From Minisyncoccota bacterium (lineage in GTDB: Bacteria; Patescibacteriota; Minisyncoccia; Phycocordibacterales; WO2-35-19): 64,000 bases of DNA. Both the position numbers and the translations under genes were made by a program. Every line of letters starts with the position of its first letter. Positions within the stretch are counted from its first letter, which is position 1. A model generated the notes under the pieces. That model was given only the letters and a program-made list of their open reading frames with translations, searched no databases and had not been told where the DNA came from. The stretch lies in assembly GCA_041664625.1 (NCBI GenBank), contig JBAYKK010000004.1, positions 2,343 through 66,342 on the forward strand, in the 5' to 3' direction. Shown one piece after another: positions 8,944 through 17,253 of this stretch.

Positions 8944-10259
8944 ATTATCTTTACCTCCCTCCCACTCACTTGAATCCTGCTCTTGAGGCAATCCAGTAGC
9001 TCTCTTTTCTCCCACATAGTACCCTCTTGGAGAAGATACTTGGCATAGTTACGAATATCTATATCGACTACCTTTATTTTCTCCACTTTTTGTCCAAGAA
9101 GACTGGATTGGAATTTTTTATATCGCCCTACTTCAACTTTAATCTTTTCCTTCATTCCAATCTCGTCCAGATCAATTTTGTCCATTAGTTTGGAGAATTG
9201 CTGAATTAAATCTTTCTCTTCTATATATTTCGCCTTGCAGTGCTTATTCTTGGATCTGGAGCATCCATAGTATATGTATTTGTGAACATTGCCATTTTGC
9301 TGATGCTTATATTTTTCGCAAGCGGTTATGCCAGAACCGCACAAGGAGCAAGTCATGAGTTTGGTAAAAGCGTACTCTTTACCGTAATCTTTCATCACAT
9401 GCTCCGAAATATTTTCCTGGGTTTTGTCGAAAAGCTCTTTGGTGATAATTGGCTCATGCTTGCCTTGATACCATTTACCGCTTCCTGCCGGATATTCAAA
9501 TGTACCGTAGTAGAAGTGGCAGCGAAGTGTTAAGTATATGTTACCGAGAGCCAAAAATTTGTTGTTTTTAGTTTTAAACTTGATCTCATCTTTTAGCCAT
9601 TTATGCACTCGTCTGCCAGACCAGTTTTCATAAGCCACTTTTTCAAACATTTTCCTGACTATAGGTGCTCTGTAATGATCAACTTTAACCTGACATTTCT
9701 CATCTTTATTTTTGCTGTTTAGGTATCCAACTGGAGCCGGAGCTGGCCAAAGTCCCATCTCGCATCTAGCTCTCAAACCTCTTTTAACATTTTCAACCTT
9801 GTTGTCATTCTCGAGTTTGGCCTGACTTCCTAAAATCATGAGAAGAAATTTCTCGTTAGGATTGTTTGTAAATTTCTGACCTCCATTGGTTCGGATTTCT
9901 CTGAGTAATCCTTGATCCATTAGGTCCACGATTCTGCCAAGGTCTCCGGCATTTCTTGAAATCCTGTCCGGTGCCCAAGTTAAAATTCCGTCAAATTTTC
10001 CTTGTTTTATTTCCTCCACAATCTCGTTAAAAACAGGTCTCTGTCCCGCTTCTTTAGCAGAATGAGATTCTCTCTTTGTAACCACGATATCCAAACCATT
10101 TTCAGCTGCCATTCTTTCCATTTCTTTAACTTGGCTTTCTATGCTCAAAATTTGTTTATCCTCTTCCTCGGTGCTTTTACGAGAATATAAACAATATTTG
10201 ATCTTTGTTGGGACTACCACTTTCGTTTGAGTTCCCAAAGGACTTTGCGTTGTTTGCAT
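8940..10259 (-). CDS. Large serine recombinase (resolvase/invertase N-domain + recombinase + zinc ribbon)
   Basis: Catalytic 'YCLYSRKSTEEED...SIESQ' resolvase motif, recombinase domain, C-terminal Cys-rich ribbon; start at M10 supported by AAGGAA RBS (six-frame ORF extends to 10286). Confidence 0.85.
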   Translation of the reverse strand: MQTTQSPLGTQTKVVVPTKIKYCLYSRKSTEEEDKQILSIESQVKEMERMAAENGLDIVVTKRESHSAKEAGQRPVFNEIVEEIKQGKFDGILTWAPDRISRNAGDLGRIVDLMDQGLLREIRTNGGQKFTNNPNEKFLLMILGSQAKLENDNKVENVKRGLRARCEMGLWPAPAPVGYLNSKNKDEKCQVKVDHYRAPIVRKMFEKVAYENWSGRRVHKWLKDEIKFKTKNNKFLALGNIYLTLRCHFYYGTFEYPAGSGKWYQGKHEPIITKELFDKTQENISEHVMKDYGKEYAFTKLMTCSLCGSGITACEKYKHQQNGNVHKYIYYGCSRSKNKHCKAKYIEEKDLIQQFSKLMDKIDLDEIGMKEKIKVEVGRYKKFQSSLLGQKVEKIKVVDIDIRNYAKYLLQEGTMWEKRELLDCLKSRIQVSGREVKII

Positions 10260-10397
10260 ATTCCTTAAATTAGCTTGTATACCCAAGGAATGACGCTAAT
10301 CTCTATAAGAGTCTAGAGCATCTCGAGTTGGTAAGGTGTTTATACTCGCTCTTCAAAATGCTTTAAAATTGTGGCTTAAAGTGATAGTATTTCAATA

Positions 10398-13300
10398 ATG
10401 GAAATTGACCAAGATACATCTAAAAAAGTATTGGTTTTTATAAAAGAAAATCCTGGCAGTAAGGCACGGAAGATTTCATCTGTTCTTGATTTGGATAAAA
10501 AGGAAGTCAATAAATTACTCTATGGACCCCTCAAAGGCCAATGTAGACAAGATTCTGCGTACAACTGGTATCTAAAAGAAGATCTAAAAACAGAAGCGAT
10601 TACATCTATCAAACAAACGGTAAATACGCCTTTAGCTAGGCTATGCAATTATTATTCATCCTGTATTGCTGAGGATACCGGAGCAAAAGTTAGAGTGTTT
10701 GCTCAAAGTAAGTATGGGTTGGATTACAAGGAACTGGAAACAATTCCATCTTCTGAAGATACAAGCGAAATTTTTGAGTCATCAGAAGTACAAAATTTTT
10801 TAAATGAATCCCGAAAAGATAAATCCCAAATGTTATATTTTGGATATCCAGTATTAATGTCCCATGCACGTTCTAGCAAATCAGATTGGGAAGGATATTT
10901 TGTCAGTCCAATATTTCTATTTCCGATAAAAGTTGAAAACGACGGAGTAAATCTGGATCTAAATTTTCCGACTATAAATCGAGAAGTCTTGGAGCGATAT
11001 ACAGATGCAAAAGGCGAGGAGTTGATGAAAGAACTTGTTACCCTAGAAGAGGAACTCGGTATTTCAGGAGAAGGAGAACAACCTGAACTAGATGAGTTGA
11101 TTCAACGACTAAAGGTTTTACGTCCTGAATGGCAATGGGTTGAAGATCCTGATCCATACAACCTCGTGAAAGACCCTCCATTACGGGAATGTACTTCGGA
11201 AGGAATTTTTAATCGTGCAGTTGTAGTTAAAGTTCAGGAAGCTCCAAATAATTTTACGCAAGGTCTAGAATACGAATTAAGTCAATTGGCAAGGTTGTCT
11301 GAAAATGACTACAAAGACACAGCGTTGGGTCAATGGATATATAGAAATATCGGAGACGCAGGCGAGAAAAATTTAAACTCTTTGCTTGAGGTGTTCCCTA
11401 TGAATCTAGAGCAACGCGAAGCTGTTCAGAATGCACTAGTAAATGATCTGACCATTATTACCGGACCACCAGGTACCGGAAAATCACAAGTAGTTACTAA
11501 CTTACTTATCAATGCCGCTTGGCAAAAAAAGCGAGTGTTATTTGCAAGTAAAAATAACAAAGCTGTTGATGTAGTTGAAAGTCGTGTGAATAATATCGGA
11601 ACACGTCCAATTCTTTTACGTCTTGGTGGCAAGGGTGATTATCAAGATCAATTAGTTTCCCATCTTTCAAACTTGCTTGCTACAACCGTGGATCAGCAAG
11701 ATGAGCGGGAATTTGCAGAACGAAAACAAGAATTTGAAGATGTGCATGCCGAGCTGTTAAATATTGACTCGCAAATTAATGATTTAGTAATTCTTAGGAA
11801 TAAAGTCGATGAATTAGATAGAGATATTAATGATGCCAGAAATGATCTATCAGAGGATATTTTTGCTCTTATAAAAAATAAAAGATTTTTAAGTGTTAAA
11901 CCTGAAATTGAAATTTTGCTTAATAAATTAGAGTATGCGCTAAAGCCCAAAATTTCGTTTTTTGAAAAAATTGGAGAATTTCTTTTTGGTAGCAAAATAA
12001 GTAACGATATTATTGCAAGAACTACAGAGTTACAAGGTACTCTATCTGAACTTGATATTAGTATTCCAACACAGCCATTAAATAAGTACTCGCAGCAAGT
12101 TTGGGTTGTATTTAAAGATGAGTTACAGCATCGCTGGAATCAAACAGAGCGAGTAAGAAAATATTTTTATTCTCTAGAAGAACTGCAAAAATCTGATTCG
12201 TTGGAGACATTAACTAAACAAAGACTGAATCTTTTAAATAGGATGTCCGATAAATCTTCAGTACTTTGGAAGTTGTGGCTCAAGTTGCAAATTGGGCGAT
12301 TGTCACACGATGACAGATCTCTCCTTAGCCAATATAGATCTACTTTGCAAATGGCCTCTGGCTCTAATCCTACACAAAGTGTCTGGAGAAATTACTATAG
12401 CCAATCACAAAAAATTTCTCATATTCTATCCACTTGGGCTGTAACGTCACTATCAGCAAAAGGTAGAATTCCGCTTAGTAAAAATATATTTGATCTGGTA
12501 GTTTTCGACGAATCAAGCCAGTGTGATATTGCTTCTGCACTCCCACTTCTATATAGGGCAAAGCAAGCTGTAGTTATTGGAGATCCTAAACAGCTGTCTC
12601 ATATTAGTTCAATCTCTAAAAAACAAGACGAGCGTCTTTTGGAAAAATATGGTTTATTAGATACCCATAGCGATTGGGCATATTCATATAATTCTCTATT
12701 TGATCTTGCGGCTGGTCTTTCGCGCGGTACTGGTATTATTGATTTACGAGATCACTATAGGTCTCATGCAGATATTATTAATTTTTCAAATCAATTCTTT
12801 TATAAAGGCCGCCTTAGAATCGCAACTCGATACGATTCACTTAAACGGCCAAAGGACGAAAATGCAGGTATTAGGTGGATAAATGTCGAAGGTCGTGCAG
12901 AAAAAGCACCACTGGGTAGTGGATCACAAAATAAACAAGAAGCTGAGGTGGTAGTTACAGAGCTACGAAGACTTTTTGAGCAAGGATATAAAGGAACTAT
13001 TGGTGTTGTTAGTCCATTTAGGGCACAAGCCAATTTGATACGTAAATTAATCAACGAGGATAGTGAACTCCTTGGATGGTTATCTACATGCGAATTTATA
13101 AGTGAGACTGTTCATAAATTCCAAGGGGATGAGCGAGATATCATTATATTTTCACCTGTCATTTCTAAAGGCATGCCTAATGGTTCAACGCTATTTCTAC
13201 AGAAAACGGGGAACCTGTTTAATGTGGCTATTACTCGCGCGCGAGCAATGTTAATCGTTATTGGCGACCACGAAGCCGTACTTCACTCTGATATTTTGTA

Positions 13301-13727
13301 CATGGAAAAGTTTGCCCAACACGTCAATGAAATTGGTAAACAAAAAGAATATAAAATAATACAAAGTACCAGTCTCGGTCCAGAGTATCCGACAGTTAAA
13401 AATCCAGAGTTAGTTTCAGATTGGGAACATATTTTTTATAAAGCTTTATACGATGCTGGGATATGTCCAATTCCTCAGTATCAGGAAGAAATGTATATTC
13501 TAGATTTTGCAATTTTTGACGGAGACAAAAAACTTAATATAGAAATAGACGGAGAACATTATCATAAAGATTGGACTGGAGAATTATGCTACAGAGATCA
13601 AATGAGAAACCAGAGAATGTATGAATTGGGTTGGGATGTGATGAGATTCTGGGTGTATGAAGTCAGGGATGATCTAGACGGTTGTATCAAAAAAATTAAT
13701 GATTGGATAAGTCCAAGTAATAAGTAA
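10398..13727 (+). CDS. Superfamily-1 (Upf1/DNA2-like, AAA_11/AAA_12) helicase fused to C-terminal DUF559 (Vsr-like) endonuclease; N-terminal winged-helix-like region
   Basis: 1109 aa; Walker A 'GPPGTGKS', 'VVFDESSQ', 'VHKFQGDERD', motif VI 'VAITRAR'; C-terminus 'LDFAIFDGDKKLNIEIDGEHYH...GWDVMRFW' = DUF559. Confidence 0.8.
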   Translation: MEIDQDTSKKVLVFIKENPGSKARKISSVLDLDKKEVNKLLYGPLKGQCRQDSAYNWYLKEDLKTEAITSIKQTVNTPLARLCNYYSSCIAEDTGAKVRVFAQSKYGLDYKELETIPSSEDTSEIFESSEVQNFLNESRKDKSQMLYFGYPVLMSHARSSKSDWEGYFVSPIFLFPIKVENDGVNLDLNFPTINREVLERYTDAKGEELMKELVTLEEELGISGEGEQPELDELIQRLKVLRPEWQWVEDPDPYNLVKDPPLRECTSEGIFNRAVVVKVQEAPNNFTQGLEYELSQLARLSENDYKDTALGQWIYRNIGDAGEKNLNSLLEVFPMNLEQREAVQNALVNDLTIITGPPGTGKSQVVTNLLINAAWQKKRVLFASKNNKAVDVVESRVNNIGTRPILLRLGGKGDYQDQLVSHLSNLLATTVDQQDEREFAERKQEFEDVHAELLNIDSQINDLVILRNKVDELDRDINDARNDLSEDIFALIKNKRFLSVKPEIEILLNKLEYALKPKISFFEKIGEFLFGSKISNDIIARTTELQGTLSELDISIPTQPLNKYSQQVWVVFKDELQHRWNQTERVRKYFYSLEELQKSDSLETLTKQRLNLLNRMSDKSSVLWKLWLKLQIGRLSHDDRSLLSQYRSTLQMASGSNPTQSVWRNYYSQSQKISHILSTWAVTSLSAKGRIPLSKNIFDLVVFDESSQCDIASALPLLYRAKQAVVIGDPKQLSHISSISKKQDERLLEKYGLLDTHSDWAYSYNSLFDLAAGLSRGTGIIDLRDHYRSHADIINFSNQFFYKGRLRIATRYDSLKRPKDENAGIRWINVEGRAEKAPLGSGSQNKQEAEVVVTELRRLFEQGYKGTIGVVSPFRAQANLIRKLINEDSELLGWLSTCEFISETVHKFQGDERDIIIFSPVISKGMPNGSTLFLQKTGNLFNVAITRARAMLIVIGDHEAVLHSDILYMEKFAQHVNEIGKQKEYKIIQSTSLGPEYPTVKNPELVSDWEHIFYKALYDAGICPIPQYQEEMYILDFAIFDGDKKLNIEIDGEHYHKDWTGELCYRDQMRNQRMYELGWDVMRFWVYEVRDDLDGCIKKINDWISPSNK

Positions 13728-13778
13728 TCAAACACTAAATAAAAATATATTATTTAGAATTTTTATTTAAAAAAATTT

Positions 13779-14579
13779 ATGTTCATACCAAAAAAAATTC
13801 TTTGTGCTGTCGGCGGGGTTGTAGTGTTAGTCGCTGTTTTCTTAATTGGGGTCTCGTCTGGAAATAAAAGTGAAAATTTAATATCAGAACAAACTGCGAC
13901 AGTGGTAGATTCAGATACGGCTAATACCAGTATTACTCCCAAATCTGGTGAGTTGGTCAAAGTGGTCAGAGTAGTAGATGGCGATACCATTAATGTTGAA
14001 ATAAATGGCAAAGTAGAGCCGGTGCGATATATAGGTATTGATACTCCAGAGACAGTTGATCCACGCAAGCCGGTACAATGCTTCGGAGTTGAAGCGTCAA
14101 AGAAAAATAAAGAATTAGTGGATGGTAAAATGGTGAGATTGGAAACTGATATCACTGATCGCGATAAATACAATCGACTACTTCGTTATGTTTGGCTTGA
14201 TGACAAGCTAATAAATCAGGCGTTAGTAGAACAAGGTTACGCTAAGTCATACTCATACCCTCCAGATATTAAATACCAAGATAAATTTGTGGTAGCCGAA
14301 AAACAGGCCAGAGAAAATAAACTGGGTCTTTGGACCGCTTGTGCTTCAGAAACAACTACGACGACAGTTCCAACTCCAACACAAACATCTTCATCTACTT
14401 CCGATCCTTCCTGTACCATTAAGGGTAATATAAGTTCGTCAGGAGAGAAGATTTATCACATGCAAGGTTGTGGTTCGTATTCAAAAGCCACCATAGATGA
14501 AAGTCGTGGTGAAAAATGGTTTTGTACAGAAACAGAGGCCCAATCTGCAGGTTGGAGAAAAGCTTTAAATTGTAATTAA
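13779..14579 (+). CDS. Secreted/membrane-anchored thermonuclease (SNase-like) with Cys-containing C-terminal domain; paralog of 54154-54954
   Basis: 266 aa; N-terminal TM; SNase motifs 'VVDGDTINV', 'RYIGIDTPE', 'NRLLRYVWLD', 'KLGLW'; ~88% nt identity to second copy. Confidence 0.8.
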   Translation: MFIPKKILCAVGGVVVLVAVFLIGVSSGNKSENLISEQTATVVDSDTANTSITPKSGELVKVVRVVDGDTINVEINGKVEPVRYIGIDTPETVDPRKPVQCFGVEASKKNKELVDGKMVRLETDITDRDKYNRLLRYVWLDDKLINQALVEQGYAKSYSYPPDIKYQDKFVVAEKQARENKLGLWTACASETTTTTVPTPTQTSSSTSDPSCTIKGNISSSGEKIYHMQGCGSYSKATIDESRGEKWFCTETEAQSAGWRKALNCN

Positions 14580-14587
14580 AATATAAA

Positions 14588-15577
14588 ATGGATCAAGAAA
14601 ACAATAAAAACAAAAAACGTCTTTGGGCTACGATTACAGGTATTGTCATTACCATATTAGCCGCATTCTTGTATTTAATATTTTTTCAAACAGCTGAATC
14701 ACAAGCAGAACCGGAGAGGTTTGTAATGCCTCTAAAATCGGATCAAACTGCTTTCGGTTTACTAAAATCTCAAGAATTTATAAAAAATAATTTTGGTTTT
14801 GGGATAGCAAGCTTGCTAAGAGGCCTGGGAGGTGTTGATCCTGGTGGTTACAAAATTTCCAAATCAATGACCGCGTGGCAAATTGCTGGAATTTTGAATC
14901 AGGAACCGTATATGAAATGGGTGGTGATACCGGAGGGATTAAGAAAAGAAGAAATTGCTGATTTGCTTACCACTACTCTCGGTTGGTCAGAAAAAGAAAA
15001 GAGTGATTGGATAAACACTTACACTGCTATGGATTTTGATCACACAGAGGGTGTATATTTCCCCGACACTTACCTCATTCCGGTAGACGAATCTCCGCTT
15101 GATGTAGCTAAAAGATTAAGAGCGAAGTTTGAAGAAAAATTCGCTCCGTATGCAAAAGAAGCGCTAGCCGAAGATATTAAATGGACGACCCTTATAAAAC
15201 TTGCTTCTATCATTCAACGAGAGGCAAACGGACATGACGATATGCCACTAATAGCAGGTATTCTATGGAATAGATTGCTCAAAAATATGAAGCTTGAGGT
15301 TGATGCCACCTTGCAGTATGCAAGGGGTGACAAAGGAGATGGTTGGTGGGCGCCAATTACACCTGCCGAAAAACAAATCGACTCACCTTACAACACTTAC
15401 AAGAACACCGGCTTGCCGTTTCATCCAATCTCCAATCCCGGTCTTTCCGCGATAGAAGCAGCCCTGCATCCTACCTCCACGAATTGTTTATATTATCTCC
15501 ACGACAGTTCCGGAGAAATCCATTGTTCAGATACGTTTGAGGGCCACAAGCAAAATATTACTAATTATTTAAAATAA
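14588..15577 (+). CDS. mltG: MltG/YceG-like endolytic murein transglycosylase; paralog of 54963-55952
   Basis: 329 aa; N-terminal TM; 'YNTYKNTGLPFHPISNPGLSAIEAALHP...LYYLHD' YceG-type motifs. Confidence 0.7.
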   Translation: MDQENNKNKKRLWATITGIVITILAAFLYLIFFQTAESQAEPERFVMPLKSDQTAFGLLKSQEFIKNNFGFGIASLLRGLGGVDPGGYKISKSMTAWQIAGILNQEPYMKWVVIPEGLRKEEIADLLTTTLGWSEKEKSDWINTYTAMDFDHTEGVYFPDTYLIPVDESPLDVAKRLRAKFEEKFAPYAKEALAEDIKWTTLIKLASIIQREANGHDDMPLIAGILWNRLLKNMKLEVDATLQYARGDKGDGWWAPITPAEKQIDSPYNTYKNTGLPFHPISNPGLSAIEAALHPTSTNCLYYLHDSSGEIHCSDTFEGHKQNITNYLK

Positions 15578-15581
15578 AAAT

Positions 15582-15737
15582 ATGAAAAAACCGAAATTCA
15601 TAAATCTTACAGTATTTATAATCTTTTTTGGAACAGCGCTTTTTGGAGCATTTCAGAAACAAAATTGGATAGAGGTAACACTCTATTTGGCTTTGGGCGT
15701 TCTGTTTCTTTGGGCAGATAGCCAAAGAAAAACTTGA
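15582..15737 (+). CDS. Small hydrophobic protein (51 aa)
   Basis: Two predicted TM segments; located between mltG paralog and acidic peptide gene. Confidence 0.25.
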   Translation: MKKPKFINLTVFIIFFGTALFGAFQKQNWIEVTLYLALGVLFLWADSQRKT

Positions 15738-15861
15738 AATAGTTCTTGGGGTTTCTTATCATGCTCGCAATTATATTCTATTTCGGATATAAGAAAGGCG
15801 AAAAACCGCGTTGGCAGTGGGGACCGTCTAAAGATAAGAAATAAACATAACAATATAAAAT

Positions 15862-16005
15862 ATGGACTCTGATGAAATTTTAGAGCTGGTAAAAGAAGGT
15901 ATTATTGAACCAGACCAGGTCGAGGATTTTGAAAACCTTGACCCCGAAATTCAAGAATTGGTAGCCAATAGCGATTTAGATATAGATGAAGCTTTGGGTT
16001 TGTAG
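15862..16005 (+). CDS. Small, highly acidic protein (47 aa)
   Basis: MDSDEILELVKEGIIEPDQVEDFENLDPEIQELVANSDLDIDEALGL; paralogous copy at 61652-61796 is interrupted by a stop codon. Confidence 0.4.
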   Translation: MDSDEILELVKEGIIEPDQVEDFENLDPEIQELVANSDLDIDEALGL

Positions 16006-16279
16006 CAAAAAACTCCCGTCTCCGGAAGTTCTTTGCGGGAATAGCAAGCTACTTTGAAGGGAGAAAAGATTTCGTCGCTTGTCTCACACTTTGTTCGCTT
16101 CCCGACTCTCAATTATGCTCCTGTTATGCTCAGCCGAGCTCTTGGTACATCCGTAAACCAGTCCGTTGCTTTTTACCGCACCCTCTGTCTTTAGACAAAT
16201 CCACCGCACAAGGCGAATGACGGTCTTATTACAACCCCCGTTCCAAGCTAAGCTTGAAAATACCAATTCTCGCTATTCC
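16005..16279 (-). ncRNA. Unclassified structured ncRNA (~275 nt), copy 1; not RNase P, not tmRNA
   Basis: Reverse-strand -10 box (TAGAAT at 16286-16291), TSS ~16279; 5'/3' closing helix GGAAUAGCGAG/CUUGCUAUUCC; terminator hairpin UCCCG...CGGGA + U6 at 16005-16040; ~95% identical copy at 61320-61595. Confidence 0.55.
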
Positions 16280-16297
16280 GCTGTAATTCTATCAAAT

Positions 16298-16930
16298 TCA
16301 TTGCCATGGCACCACTTTCAGCATGGGCCAGATATGGATCCATTTTTCTACTTTCTTCATGTATATGTCCTCGGTTATTTTCTTTTTGTTTGGTCTAACC
16401 ACTAATTGCATTAGATCGTTTAATCTATAAGGAGCGTAAATTTTAAGTTCGTCATTCTCCAATCTAACTCCTACGGCAGTAGCAGTGGTTGGGTATTGAG
16501 ATATTGCATCTTCGATTGAAAGAAACGGGTCAATCGGAAATCCAAAATGCTTTTCATACCACAAATGGACCCTGGCTTGATTTCGTATTTCAATAGAAAT
16601 ATCTCCGAATATTTTCTTGCTTTTCTTTATGAACTTATCCTCCGCCTCATATGAAAGGTCAGAGTCGTCAAAATACACTAAATCATAATCGCCAATTCCA
16701 TAATTCAAATCGTATCTATGTTTATGGTTCCAAATCGTCTGAGCCAAGCAACCAGCCGTCAAATACCAGTTTTTCATTTCCAAAGAAGGCGCTCTATAAA
16801 GTATCTCTTTTATTACCTCATTTTGGAGCAAAATTTCCTTGAAATATTCCATTGACCAGAATATATCAGTTTGGGAGTGGGTAGACAAGAATCCAGCCAT
16901 TGGTAATTTTTTCATACTTGCATACCACAT
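16298..16930 (-). CDS. Putative nucleotidyltransferase-family protein
   Basis: 210 aa; 'GIGDYDLVYFDDSDL' resembles the Gly/Asp-rich NTase-fold active site; weak assignment. Confidence 0.3.
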   Translation of the reverse strand: MWYASMKKLPMAGFLSTHSQTDIFWSMEYFKEILLQNEVIKEILYRAPSLEMKNWYLTAGCLAQTIWNHKHRYDLNYGIGDYDLVYFDDSDLSYEAEDKFIKKSKKIFGDISIEIRNQARVHLWYEKHFGFPIDPFLSIEDAISQYPTTATAVGVRLENDELKIYAPYRLNDLMQLVVRPNKKKITEDIYMKKVEKWIHIWPMLKVVPWQ

Positions 16931-17253
16931 AAGTCATTGTTTTATATTTCTGATTTTGATATTCTGATATGGACAATTGAATAAGAATGGCCTAAACCAG
17001 TGCTAAAACATTGGCATGGCAAAAAGTCCTTGGAAGATAAAGAACCCATCATGGGGTCGTCTTCCAAGGCCATATCGGGAAACCGGTATGAGAGGCTTCG
17101 ATCCTCTATCCGTGGTGGGCTTTTTGTTGTTCAGATTATTAAAATATGGGAAACTTACAAAGTAAAAGAATTTGATTAATATGTACACTCTCTTTGACAA
17201 TTTCAAAGAATAATGTATTATTAAATTATTCAATAATCATTAGCATTATTACC

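Noticed and set aside
16005-16279. Duplicated ncRNA as RNase P RNA or tmRNA
   Set aside because: A bona fide RNase P RNA with P4 motifs is at 31301-31738. The element lacks GGAAAGUCCGG/ACAGAA(N)CCGGCUUA pairing, lacks a tRNA-like CCA end or tag reading frame, and ends in a U-tract terminator.
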